Notes: generated by a model from the letters alone, not told the origin. A stretch of DNA of 64,000 nucleotides from Octopus sinensis (GCF_006345805.1 NC_042998.1:126666001-126730000), one strand, 5' to 3'; positions 12,972 to 25,901 are shown, numbered from the stretch's first letter. Numbers and translations are program-made.

Positions 12972-14484
12972 ACACACACACACACAAACATACACACACA
13001 CACACACAAACACACTCACACACGCACACACAATTTAAACCAAACATAAGAATGACCAATGATATTACATGTAACTATAATGATAGGATGTTGGTGGAGT
13101 TCATTTAGTTGTACGCTTCCTGTTCTAACGTTAGACTGTTATTACAGGAAACACTGTATCCAAGGCTGCAAATGTAGCTCTCAACTAAAGTGTCACGGCT
13201 CTTCCAAGCCGAATGTCGTCGCCAACCTTTGAAGTTCTTACTGATATTGGTCATGTTTCACTTTGTTGTGTGTTTACTGCAAAGGGAGCAGCCATCGTTC
13301 AGAATAGTAGTGGGTGAAGCAGCTGAAGCGACACCACTCTTGCTATGGAGATGACACAGCAGAGATTTCGTCAGATCAAAAGTCTTTTGTATTCTAGAAT
13401 GTCCTCCTGTTTGATTTTCTCTCTATTATACAAAATATATTTTATTATCGTTCTGAGTTATTGTTTAAATTTGGACGTGAGTCTCTTTTCTTTTCATTAT
13501 AAATGCAACAATTTCATTTAATACAGCATCACTGAAAGTATTATTGCTCAGTTTAAATGTTCTCTCTTGATATAATGTTTAATATCATTGTTTAAACACA
13601 TGAAGAACTGCAAATGGTCCACTTGTTTTTAGCTTACGCATATTGATCTCTTCAGAATTCAGTTAAGCTTTATTCGCTAATTGTTCTTCTAAATCAGTGA
13701 AGCAATTAACTCCATTGAAATGTTAGCCAGGCTGCCTTCTCACTTTCTTCTTTTTTTTTTGTTAGAACTCTATAGCTGTAGGATATGTCATTTACAAGAA
13801 GAATCAGTAGACAAACCAACCGATATTCTTTAGTCAGTGAATGCTTTAGTTAACAAAGAATTAGCAGAAATGAGAAGTTCTGATTTATGGATATTGAATA
13901 TTTTTTTGTATTCCGTCTGTTATATTTATTGTTCAGCGGCAGTTACAAGACAATAGTGACTGTCAAATAATTTAAACATACCACTAAAATGATGGACCTC
14001 TCTCTGAAACATGATAAATAATAGCCACAGTGAGTTTTATACTATAATTAAGTATGGAGTGAATAACAAAATTGGATGTTATCATTTGGTGCAAAGTGAA
14101 TAACAAATTTCACAAGTAGCCCACTGCAACTTAATTACAGATTGTCTACAAGAAACTAGGCTAACTGACGAATAAAATAATTTGAGAGCAAATCAATGGC
14201 TCTAAATCAGGAAGTGCTTCCATCAAGAGAAGGACGAACTTAGCTTCCGCAGAAAAAAATATGGTATAGAACTTTTGACGGTAAAGTAAATCTACAAATC
14301 AGATATGGTTTGAGATCAATTATAGCACCATGGTTATGAATGCTCCTAAACAAGGTAACCTGAATAATTTCGAAAGTAAAATCAATAAAGATATGACTTA
14401 ATCTGGTAAACGAAAATGATAAATTCACCAATGGAAATAAAGGAAAATTCAGCATTGTTTTCTATATAACTATTCTGAATATTG

Positions 14485-14750
14485 TTCTACCGACAACCAT
14501 GTAGTGAAGCAGGGGTGCGTGCCTGCTTTCGCACTCTTTTCTCTTTACCTCACAGCTATGCTTGGCACTGTGAGGGTCAATCTGCACAAACGAGTTTTCA
14601 TCCGCACCAGAACAGATAGGAAGCTTTGCAACTTGGTCTGTCTTCGTACGTCCACCAAAATAATTGAAATGTGTGTCAAGGAGCTGCTCTAAGTTGACGA
14701 CTCAGTTCTCGCGGCTGGCAGCATTGAGGACATTGAATTCATTACAAAGA
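14485..14750 (+). mobile_element. RTE (BovB-like) reverse transcriptase fragment
   Basis: VKQGCVPAFALFSLY...VFIRTRTDRKLCNL...VKELL*VDD matches the RTE motifs GVKQGCVLAPTLF...RYRTDG.LFNL...RELLFADD. Confidence 0.85.
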
Positions 14751-15929
14751 AATACACATCTATACACTGTCAAGTATTTACTATACCCCACCCCATTCAG
14801 AAATAAGGGGCATTTTATGTGAAGAGTCAATGATTCCAGAAAAACTCAAGCCCAACTCCACCTTCGAAGAATCAACTTGAAATCTTATATAAAGAAACTA
14901 AAAACATTCAATATTTAACTTATTCCGGCAGTTTACATTTTGAGTTCAAATCCTGCCAATATCAACTGTGTCTTTCATACCCACTAAGGGTTGAAACAAT
15001 AAAATACTTGTCGAATACTGGGATTCGATGGTAGTGACTAAACTATTTCCCTTAAAATTTTTGGCCTTGTGCTGAAATCAGAAGCTATTATTCTAAAAAT
15101 AGATACGTCACACTGCCACAGGAATATATATTCTTTCTAAAAAAGATAAGTATGCATATATGCATGTACGCTATGTAGAGAATATATACATATATTCTAT
15201 ACCTTAGCATACATACATACATGTTGTACATATGATATATATTTGTAACCTATATGCATGTGTGCGTGTTTCCTATATGGAGGATATGCACTTTGCAATC
15301 ATAATCTATAAGCGGAACAGTAGTAATATGCAATATTTTTCTAAAGTTCAAGTGTTTACCATTATTATCATTATCTAAATTTTCAGCAATGGGGCAACGA
15401 TTCTGTGTTAGAAATCACCACTTTCGTTATAAGAATTTTGAATAATCAAGGAAAGATAACATGCAAGGATGTATTCATATGTGCATATATTGTGCAACAC
15501 AATCTAAAGTATTAAGTACTCCTATATAAGTATAACTAATTTTGTTCCAAGCTTGTATACTTACAAAATGTTGAGAGAGTATATGTTGTTTACAAAATAC
15601 CAATCAATCATTATTACTGTCGTGTTGTGTCTCATTCATCTATATTACACAAAGAATTACGAATGCTGCTTGTTACAAGTTATTAAATACATATATCAAT
15701 GCATTGTAGATTTATTTGACAAGTGGGTGAAGACAATTATATAGCACCTACAGAGGACACGAATCAATATAATACAAGAGTACATATTGCAGGACCCTAT
15801 AAAGATTTAGATATCTACCATCATAAGTTCCAGAACACAAACACTATCTTTCAGACGGTTTCTCGACCGGAGGTCATCTAAACGGCTACGCTTGTCCTCA
15901 AATACATACTGAGAAAAAGTATTCACAAA

Positions 15930-16860
15930 TCACTCCCCCTCCATTTCGTTGCTTCACTTTATCTTGTCCTCCACCTGTTTTAATTTTCTATCTCTTACAT
16001 TTTGTCTATTCACCCTTCTCTTTCACAATTCCCTTATTCTAAACTAGGCTATTCACGTGTTGACGAGACTAATTAGATTCTCAACCTCACATTCAACGTA
16101 TTTTCAAATCTTTTTTTCATTCCTTCTCACAATCTGAACCCCACCTTTCACTATTTCTCTCTTTCAGCCCATCACATTGTCCACTGGCCTTCTTTTATTT
16201 CAGCTCTTTCCATTTCTTACACCCATATCCATTTCTCTCAATTTTCTCTGTCTCTTCACAATCTATAACCTCCCTCAATATTGCAAAAGACACATACACA
16301 ACTATACACACCCATATATTCTGCTTTCACTATTTTCTCTCTTTTATCCCCACTTTAACTCCTTTAGCGCTTCTCACATTATGCCTACCTTCCTTATACG
16401 TTAGTTTTTCTCTCTCCAACCCCTTTTGATATCTTCCATACTATTTTCCTCACATAGTTACACTTCCCTCTCTATCTGTCTCCGTGTCTCTCAGTTATTT
16501 TTTTGCCCTTCTTATACACCCTTCCTATTTCTTTTTCTAGTATAATTTATTTCCCTTCTTCTCATTCCATTTCTTTGCAATCCCCTCTTCTCTTACCTAC
16601 CTTCTCTCTATGACTCTCCCGAACACCCTTTCTCACATTCAACCTGCTTCATCTTTCTCCATTTTCTCTTTTAGTTCTTACATACACTCTCTATTTCACT
16701 CTTTATTTCACTCCAACGCACTTTGCTTCATTTCGTCTCTTTCGCCTTACTTGTTTATTAGTTCCTCCTCTCCCTCACTTTCAATCTATCTCTCATTCTC
16801 TCTTCTCCACAAGTTGATAACATACTCCAGTCACCATTGAACCATTTCCTGTACTTCATC
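15930..16860. repeat. Long pyrimidine-rich low-complexity tract
   Basis: About 900 bp strongly C/T-biased on the + strand, without a simple periodic unit. Confidence 0.7.
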
Positions 16861-18373
16861 ACTTCCCAAGACATATAATGACGTACATAACCGCCTGAAT
16901 TGTCATTAGTCACTGTTTGTTGGGGTGCCTCTGGTCTTACAAAACTTTACACGAAGGTTCCGTCTTAACATGGGGGTAAGATTTCCTTACCTAAAATTTT
17001 GTTTCTCTCTTTCATATATGTATATCAACATTTCTCTTTTTCAGTCTCACTGTCTATTTTGTCTAATTGTTTGACCATGTTTTTTTTAGCAACCTGTTTG
17101 TCATTTGTGTATTTGTCTATCAAACTGTCAATCTGCTCACGCTTAAAAGAAATGCGCGCACACACACACACAGAGAGAAAGAGAGTGACTATGTGTGTAT
17201 CAATCTATCTATCCACGCACACATACATGAATATATGTCTGTCCATACATATCACCTATGCATGAATACATATTCCTGAGATATAAACAGTGTTGTCGTA
17301 GCTTATGTGATATGATATTTGAGTACGTTACATATGCTTGGTTTTGATATGAATTTTTGTTGTTGCTTCTGCTTCATTGGCGAAAGTTTTTATTTCGAGA
17401 TGTGGAAATCCTTGTTTTAATAATATCGTTATTGGAGTGTTACTTACATGTTGTAATAATTATTCCTCAATATCCCACGATATCCCATAAATGGTGGGTA
17501 ATGAAAGGATAGTTTTTTTCTTTATAGTGTATTTCCGTGTTTCATATTATGGAAATTACGATCCTAAAAAATAGTTTTCCAAAATTTAAACATTTCGGAA
17601 CTTTTCCCTCTCACTTCGATACCCTTTTGCTTTCTAACGATGTTTACGACTTCGCGGGGACAATAATTCCAATACGCAGCCAAAATTCTGATAACATGAT
17701 TTTGCCGTGTGATTTTATTTTGTTTTAAAGTCCATCGCATGTCACTCAAAAAGTTTGAGGCGTGTCAACAATGGCATAGCTGTTACAGGCTCATCATCAC
17801 CTTTAGTGTTTTGTATGTTTGTTGTATAAAATATGTACTATGTGCGTTGTGCTGACTGAAACCTGTATGTTTTGTGTCGAGTGACAATTGCGCAGAAATA
17901 TGAGATATGTGGGTTGTTAGATGGTAACTTTGTAGATTATGCGCTTTGCTAGGCTGTGATATAGCGAAGTGTTACAGTGATGCTATGTAGAATGCATACT
18001 GTGTATTATTATTGGCAGGTGGTTGTGTAGAATGTGGTGTGTGAGTTGTGTGATATTCGAAGGCAGTGCTTTAGAATGATTGTTGTTAGTTGCACTGAAA
18101 GTGGGAATGGAATTTGTCCATGAGATATATTTTATGAGAATCTGTGAATTATTATTGTTACTAAAGCGTATGTGTGTGTGTGTGTGTGTGTGTGTACATA
18201 TAATCAAATCAATATTGTACGACCTATTCTATAGATAATGATGATGGAAGTTGTTGAGCTGTTGGCGGAATTTGTGTAGATAATGATGATGATATAGATG
18301 ATAACGATAATGCTTTTGAAGATGATGATGATACTGGCAATAATAGTATCCATAATACTTTTACTGTTTGGCC

Positions 18374-18414
<41 letters not shown>

Positions 18415-18969
18415 GTTATTATTATTATTATTGAGGAAATTGATCAAGTAAAACATGCAGAAATGAAGAAAATTAGAAAATAGTTTTCAGATTAGTCTAA
18501 CAAAAAATAATTCAATACTCAAAGAAAGACTATAGGTATAAACACATTAGCAGTCCCCATATACCAGTGTTTCAGTTAAGTAGAATGGAGAGCATACTCA
18601 ACAAAACAGACAATTTGTTAGTGCAATCTGAACTTGCCCTTATAAGCTGATGTAGATAGGAGAAACCTACCATCCGCATATGGAAAATAGAGCAGATACA
18701 ATTAGAGCTGTATTACTAAATAATCACATTTGGTTTAGAAATATGCTCAGAAACAAGCAGGTATAGACTGATTAGTAGAAGATACCATACAAAACAAAAC
18801 AAAAAACAAAAAAACAACTGATAACAGAGGAAAGCAGTTTTCATAAGGAAAAAAAAATCAACAGAAAGATTAACGAAAATAAACAAAAGGTAACACCTTA
18901 TCTCCAAAAATTTCCTAAAGGAAAATAGAAGAGAAACAGATTCTCCATGTTCAATATCCTGCAAGATTT

Positions 18970-19047
18970 TACTCAGAGAAAATGAACCCATACCAAAGCC
19001 ATCAGTGGATCAAAAGCTCTAAACTGAACGCAGGAAAAGAAGGCGAA
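18970..19047 (+). mobile_element. Possible R4/Dong-clade LINE fragment
   Basis: YQSHQWIKSSKLNAGKEG resembles the S..WL....LK.ETEG segment upstream of the CCHC/RLE region. Confidence 0.35.
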
Positions 19048-19287
19048 GGTTAAAATCAACTTTTGACTGCATAATTGTTTAAAACCCGTTCAATGTTTTG
19101 CAGTACATCGGTCTGTCCATGCTTGTCATGTTCTTATGGTTTCGGACAGTTTTGTAGCATGATAGATGAGAAGTTGTCAGTCGACAGATCGACATTCCTC
19201 TATTTCTTGATGGATGGGAAACTGTGAGTGCACCTCCCCATCACAACATCCTCTCATAGAGTAACGCAACCAATTCTATGTGAGTGA

Positions 19288-19500
<213 letters not shown>

Positions 19501-19611
19501 TACACACATACATATGTGTGTGTGTATATAAATGCACACACATATACAGAGAGAGAAAGAGAGAGAGGGGGGAAGGGGAGGTATATACGAAAAGAAACAA
19601 TTTCAGTTATT

Positions 19612-19745
19612 AACCTGTACCTTATTTATTGAACTGAGGGATGAAAACCAAATTTAAAGTCGGTGGAATTTGAAATCTGTAGTCAAGGAGCCGGAACAAT
19701 AACTGCTTGTTCGATGTTCTAACGATTTGGTCAATCGACTTCCTT
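19612..19745 (-). mobile_element. Degenerate SINE family C copy
   Basis: GGGATGAAAACC...GGTGGAATTTGAA (antisense core). Confidence 0.6.
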
Positions 19746-20504
19746 AGACTATGCAATCTAATACAGAATAAAACAAATGACTACGTTACTTTCATTTACT
19801 CAGATTAAAACACCGGCAGCTTAAATCCATTGGGCAATATGCAGGCACTTCCGCATGAAAACTGAGAATAAGTAATACTGGAAGTGTCAAACTCATTGCA
19901 TGATAGAAACATGGCTACACTATTGTGGAACGTATATATTTAGAGTGACAGGGAGACAAAAATGAAATCTAGATGTAATAATAAAAGAACAAAAGGAAGT
20001 ACTCTGATAAACATCACAATTCTTTGCAACTAAAAATTATACAAGAAAGCCATAGAGATATCTTCGAAATGAAAATATTCAATACATGCAAGTGATGCGA
20101 CTAAAATAATTGTTTCTCAGAATTTGATAAAAAAAAACATGACAAAAATCCCACTATAAAATTGTAAACCCAGGGGCGCAGACATGGCTGTATTATAATG
20201 ACGTTCACTTCACAACTACGTGGTTTCGGCTTCCGTCCCGCAGCATGACACACTGGGCAAATGTATATTACTGTAACCTCGAGGTGCCGAAGCCTTATAA
20301 ATGAAATTTGGAAAACGGCAACTTTGGGAACCTATCGGAGGGCTCATTCTTATTCCTAACTGATAGGCCCTATTTAATAATACCACCTTGTTCTTCCGTG
20401 CCTCTAGCAGAATCCTGAGAATAGTCTCTTCCTTTCTCCTGAATGATTCATCATCACTGTTTTTCAACACAGACACAAAGTCTGAAACTTAGGGAATATA
20501 GTAA

Positions 20505-20612
20505 ATTTATTACATCGATCCTGGTAATTGAATAGTACTTTATTTTATCGACCCCCCCCCCCCGAAGAAGAAAATTAAAAGTTGACAGTGGTGGGATTTG
20601 AATTCAGAATAA
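20505..20612 (-). mobile_element. Degenerate SINE family C copy
   Basis: TACTTTATTTTATCGACCCC...GTTGACAGTGGTGGGATTTGAATTCAGAA. Confidence 0.6.
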
Positions 20613-20807
20613 GAATATCAACATCAATAAAAATGAGCATGATGAGAGTACTAATAATGATGATGATGATGCTTTGTGTTTCCAATAAAACTTTTAATTC
20701 AACAGTACAACTGTAAAGTGAAATTGGTTGGAGGAATGTTTGGAAGATAACAGTTATTTTGATAGATTTTAAATAATTAATTATTCTATCTTTTTTATTA
20801 ACATTAA

Positions 20808-20925
20808 CTCATTGAGCTTTGACCTCCTGAACCTTATTTTACCATATACCAGGCATTGCACTGGTGCTACGGTATAAAGAAAAATAAGCCATCCACCGGT
20901 AAACTAGTGTTACGGGCTCAAAGGG
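20808..20925. mobile_element. Short piggyBac-type MITE
   Basis: TTAA at 20804-20807 and 20926-20929. Imperfect inverted ends CTCATTGAGC / GCTCAAAGGG. Confidence 0.55.
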
Positions 20926-21624
20926 TTAAGGATAATTCAATTTCTGATTATCCCAGCCAGTGTTGTATCACTGAAAAGAAAGCTATTCTATATGGAAAGT
21001 GAATACAGTTCTGTACACATATTAACTATAAACAACTTTTCGTATAAAAACCTCTTAGAAGGGCCTTTCAAGAATGACCATTGTCGTTGTAGTCGTTGGG
21101 CTATCCGAAATGCTACTGCCTCCATAGTTTCCACGGCTCATGAGGGCACGTAGTAAGTGCTGAAGAGGAGCTTGCGGTCGCGAATTCTTCGTTGCTCAGG
21201 CGGTTGAGTACTCCATCGCTGCTGCTTTTTAAGAAGTCTCTACGTCTAAGGGCTGGTAGTACTCGGACACAAGTTGATTTCCACTATCTCAAACATTATT
21301 TAATATGTCTTAATTATATCGTACGATTTTATTTTTCCAAAACAGTTGAGATTCTAAGTCTACAAACATGGAATGAGGTCAAACATAGCCTATTTGTGGG
21401 CGTAGACAGGATGTATTCTCAAGTGGTTAAAATATCTCAAAGACTCGCTCATTTTCTACGAGATAATTAAACGAAAAAAATCTATTTACGGACTGCTGTC
21501 CAATCAAATTATTATTGCTGAAATATTAAATAGTGGACTAACGCCTTATTTTTCTGGAGTTGGTCGACATATTCACTTGCAATGTCTTCGTTCGTTTCAA
21601 CAACAAAAAAAAAAAAGGATGTTA

Positions 21625-21915
21625 GGCGCAGGGGTGGCTGTGTGGTAAGAAGCTTGCTTCCAAGCCACACAGTTCCGGCATCTTGGTAAGTGTCTTCTAC
21701 TACAGCCTCGGTTTGCCCAATGCTTTGTGAGTAGATTTGGTAGACGGGAACTGAAAGAAGCCTGTTTTATATATATATATATATATGCGTGTCGTCTTTG
21801 TGTCAGTGTTTGTCCAACACTTGACAACGGGTATTGTTGTGTTTACGTTTACGTAACTTAGTGGTTCGGTAAAAGAGAACGATAATATAAGTACCAGGCT
21901 TTAAAAAAAACAAGT
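21625..21915 (+). mobile_element. SINE family B copy
   Basis: GGCGCAGGGGTGGCTGTGTGGTAAGAAGCTTGCTT head, internal (TA)n, GATAATATAAGTACCAGGCTT. Confidence 0.85.
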
Positions 21916-22074
21916 AAAAGATAAAGGAAGAAAAAAGAAGATATTACTTTAATCGCACAAATCCTGTCTGTAGGTAATATGTTTATTGGTAATTAACAGA
22001 TGTTATTATTAGAAATGTAGCGTGATTCCACGCTTCAAATCTTCGGTGATGCCACGCTCCAAATGAAAATATTG

Positions 22075-22290
22075 GTTTCAAATTTTTGCACATGGCAGCA
22101 ATTTTAGGGAAGTGGATAAGTTAGTTACATCGACTCCAATGTTCAAATGGTATTTATTTTATTGATCCTGAAAACATGAAAGGAAAAGATGACCCTGAAG
22201 GATTTGAACTCGGAACGTAAAGAGCCGCAAGAAATGCCGTTAAACATTTTGTCTGATGCGGTAACATTTTTGCCAACTCGCCGTCTTGAT
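22075..22290 (-). mobile_element. SINE family C copy
   Basis: Antisense core GGTATTTATTTTATTGATCCTGAAAACATGAAAGGAAAAGATGACC...GATTTGAACTC. Confidence 0.7.
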
Positions 22291-22312
22291 AATAGTGATG
22301 ATGATGATGATA

Positions 22313-22740
22313 ATGAAAAGTGGGGGTTAAAGAGAAGCAAGACATGTTATGAACACAAACCACAAAGAGTGACTGAATCGGAGACTTGCAAAGTTCTGTG
22401 GGATTGCCCTATCCTAACGGACCAGGTGTTTGAGTACAATATGACGGACCTCGTGGTGGTGAAGGTAAACCACATGTACTTTGTAACTGATATTACGTGC
22501 TTATTTGACCCACGCAAAGTTAAGAAGGAAGGCGAAACAATAGACGTATGCAAACCTCTTAAATACGAGCCTGTGGAAGATGCAAGAAGTAAAGACAGTA
22601 CTGATTTTATTGGGGCCTTGGGGTAGTATTAAAAGATACTGAGAGGAATATAAAGGAAATAGGAATAGAGTGCCCAGTAGAATTGTTGCATGAAGTTTGT
22701 CTCCTTGGAACTGCTAGAATCACCAGGGAACTATGAGATA
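22313..22740 (+). mobile_element. R4/Dong-clade non-LTR retrotransposon 3' fragment (restriction-like endonuclease domain)
   Basis: YEHKPQRVTESETCKVLWDCPILTDQVFEYNMTDLVVV...IGALG...LLGTARI matches the RLE pattern YEH.P..V.E.....ILWD..IQTD......RPD.....IGALG...LLGTARILR. Confidence 0.85.
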
Positions 22741-22857
22741 GTTGAAGAGAACGAATAGCATTGTACCGTAGGTTGCAGGTAGCAAGCTCGCTATTCATGC
22801 AAGACTCCAGAAGTTTCAGTAGAACCTGAGTTCCAATAGAACCTAATAAAAATGAGA

Positions 22858-23478
22858 GTTTCAAATTTTGGCACAAGGCCAGCAATTGTAAAGGAGGGAA
22901 CAAGTCGATTACATCGAACCCCGTCTTCAATTGGTACTTATTTTACCGACTCCCAAAGGATGAAAGACATAATTGACCTTATAACGTAAGACAGATGAGA
23001 TACCTCTAAGCATTTTGTCCTAATGATTCTGCCAGCTCCGCGCCTTAGCAATAATAATCTGAACTATAGGCACAAGACGTGAAATTTCGGGGCTAAGTCG
23101 ATTAAATCAGCCCCAGTGAGGAACTGACACTTATTTTATCGACCCCAAAAGGATGAAAGGCATTGTTGACCCCGGCGGCATTTGAACTCAGAGCATAAAG
23201 ACGGACAAAATACCGCTAAGCATGTTCCCTGGTAGGCTAATGATTCTGCCAGGTCGCCTCAACAACAACAACAACAATTATAATAATCCTGAAATTTTTT
23301 GGGGAAGGGGGATAGTCGATTTCATCGACTCCGGTATTTCACTGATACTTAATTTATCGACCCCGAAAGGATGAAAGGCAAAGTCGACCTCGGCAGAATT
23401 TGAACTCAGAACCCAAAGACGGACGAAATGCCGCTCAGCATTTTGCTCGGCATGCTAACGATTCTGCCAGCTCACCTT
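22858..23478 (-). mobile_element. Three head-to-tail diverged SINE family C copies
   Basis: Cores GGATGAAAG at about 22958, 23151 and 23369. Each head ends in ...GATTCTGCCAG(C/G)TC. Confidence 0.85.
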
Positions 23479-23604
23479 AGTAACAACAACAACAACAACA
23501 ACAATAATAGTAAGAACATTCAGAGAGCACAAACCTTCTACAAGGTAACGCCAAGGTCCTCTCAACGATTAGCCGGAGATAATTTTTAAAATGAGAATAT
23601 CTGA

Positions 23605-23885
23605 AATAAACTAGACTACTCTCACAAACGAGAGTACTAAAAATAAACCCGACGGCTCTCAAAAATTAAGTAAAAAAACAAAACAAAAAAAAACGAAAAG
23701 TAATTCAGAATCCTTGTCAGTTACCGGATCGATCCCAAAATCTAATCAGTTCGTGCCAGTCACGAGGCCAAACATCTCTGAAAGTTTCATCGGAATCCAT
23801 CCAGCGGTTCTTGAGATATCTTGTCCACGGATAAACAAACATGACTGAAAAACAATACCTCCGCCTTGGTGAAGACTGAGGTGGT
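23605..23885. mobile_element. Helentron/HINE-like non-autonomous element
   Basis: Hairpin TACTCTC-ACAAAC-GAGAGTA at one end and a degenerate hairpin ACCTCCGCC-TTGGTGAA-GACTGAGGT at the other. The internal text CCAAAATCTAATCAG...AAAGTTTCATC..AATCC...GCGGTTCTTGAGATATC is typical of such elements, as recalled. Confidence 0.55.
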
Positions 23886-24112
23886 AATTGGAATATTAGA
23901 AGCAGTTTCCAAGAGCTTTGCAAAACATATTAGGAATATTGGAGCTGCTGTCAGGCTCGAAGTGATCAAGAAGACAGCATTGTTGGGTACAGCTCGCATT
24001 CTAAGGAGAGTATTGTCTCTGAGTTACAGGAGAAGACACTACTTGAAACATTTGGTGATTTGTTACTGTCTGCTTTCAAGTAAAGAACAACCGGTAATTA
24101 AGAACTATTATT
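23878..24112 (+). mobile_element. R4/Dong-clade LINE extreme 3' end
   Basis: VVIGILEAVSKSFAKHIRNIGAAVRLEVIKKTALLGTARILRRVLS, followed by a 3' UTR and an (ATT)/(AAT)n tract. Confidence 0.85.
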
Positions 24113-24221
24113 ATTAGAATAATAATAATAATAATAACAACAAGAACAACAATAATAAAAATAATGATAATAATAATAATATAATAATAATAATAATAAT
24201 AATAATGACAATAATAATAAT

Positions 24222-24432
24222 GCTCTGATGCAGTACCAGGCAGTAGTTCTGATGGCTTCTGATCTTAACTGATTGGAAGTGCTATCATGTATATGTTTTG
24301 TCGGTTCTAGGTAAATTCCACCACGGTAAATTCCACTCGCTGAAAGTCACCGTGGTCAGTTTCTCTAGACCGTGGGTCAATACCTATGTTATTTAATCTG
24401 TCTATCTCTCAAGTCTTAAAGAGAGAGTGAGT

Positions 24433-24505
<73 letters not shown>

Positions 24506-25008
24506 TGAAGATGAGATAGAAAATAATCTTTATAATCTACTTGAATTGAAATGGGATCACTTTAATGTACTCCCATCGAGTAAGAATCTATGGAAAAGAC
24601 TCATCACAAAATTTCAAAAATAATATAATTTGGAATAAAGAAAGAAAAGACCAAATTTTAGCACACATTAAAAAAAATAACACCGAGTACATTGTGAAGT
24701 AGAGTTAGGATAAGAAAGTTTAACTTATTTTAAAGAAATGTTTCTTTAGACAAGTTGTGTGCAATACTTCTTAAAAGTTGCAAAGGGTATTCATTTTGAT
24801 ATTTCTGAATTAGCTTCTTCAGTCGTGCATCAATAATTTGATTGGTCTTTTTTTTTTGTTGTTGAGTTCCAGGCTGAACATTGTGCAATTTTTGTCTGGC
24901 TTAATCCTTCCTCAGATTTAAGGGCAGTGGATAATTTCCACAAATTTGGATGTGTAGATGTTAGTGATGAGCGCAAAGTATTGTGGAACCCTTCTAAATA
25001 ATGATTTG

Positions 25009-25051
<43 letters not shown>

Positions 25052-25608
25052 TAATTTCACCTAAGGTGAAATTTACCATGGTGGAATATACCGTGGTGGA
25101 ATTTACGTATGGTGAAATTTACCGATCACCATTTTGTCTTTGTGTAAAAGACGGGTTATAGCAAATATAATCTGCTCAATACCACAGAATTGCTTTGCCA
25201 GTTGTTTGATTCTAGCCAGTTGAGCATGTCCCTTAGTGGCTGACAATATGTGCATCTCTGATCACTACCAGAAGTAGTATGGAAACATCATAGCTATGTG
25301 CTGAAAGGAATTCTTCGGGGTTTGAATAATTCACCTCTGGAAACATGACTCTTTTTTCATCATCTTTAAACAAACCTTATTGAGGAGCCTTTTGTGCAGG
25401 ATGGGCTACTCGACATAAAGAAAATTCTAACTGGCTCCACCTGCAATGCCGTGTGCTGTTTATGTTGATATGAGATCATCATATCGCGCACATATGGTTG
25501 TGATGCATGTGCCTGGTGTACCCTTATCAAACGGGTAGTCATGGTGGGTATATTGGGCTTTGTATATTTGTATCCCAGTCTCATTTTGATGCATTGCTCT
25601 CTCACTCA
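24222..25608. mobile_element. Unclassified ~560-bp dispersed repeat flanked by (AAT)n, interrupted by the MULE at 24303-25130
   Basis: Both ends abut (AAT)n. Segment 25380-25608 recurs at 26958-27125 (inverted) and 27201-27299 (direct). Confidence 0.65.
24303..25130 (-). mobile_element. Mutator-like (MULE) internally deleted element
   Basis: Inverted ends GGTTCTAGGTAAATTCCACCA / TGGTGAAATTTACCGATCACC, with subterminal GGTAAATTCCACC repeats. Flanks GTTTTGTC (24295-24302) / ATTTTGTC (25131-25138). The internal minus-strand peptide NHYLEGFHNTLRSSLTSTHPNLWKLSTALKSEE matches the MULE C-terminal NN..EG.HN.......HPN.W..I..LK.EE. Confidence 0.8.
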
Positions 25609-25653
25609 ATAATAATAATAATAATAATAATTATTATTATTATTATTATTATA

Positions 25654-25849
25654 ATCTTTTCTCCGAAATTTTTTGGGAGGGGGGCAGTCGATTAGATCGA
25701 TTCCAGTATGCAACTGGTACTTAATTTATTGATCCCGAAAGGATGAAAGGTGAAGTCGACCTCGGTGGTATTTGAACTCAGAACGTTGCGGTAGACGAAA
25801 TATCGCTAAGCATTACACCCGGCGTGATAACGATTTTGCCAGCTCGCCG

Positions 25850-25901
<52 letters not shown>

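Noticed and set aside
13130-14230. Cys-rich exon or transposase remnant
   Set aside because: CIQGCKC-like text is suggestive, but the frames are short and interrupted. I cannot assign it without a search.
17800-18170. Additional Penelope remnants (also 26400-26730)
   Set aside because: There are only faint motif echoes (LMDKF, IIYKV, TGATGAACC...GAAA), too degenerate to support.
21075-21265. GC-balanced segment as a host exon
   Set aside because: All frames I translated contain stops or lack recognisable motifs, and no convincing splice pair was found.
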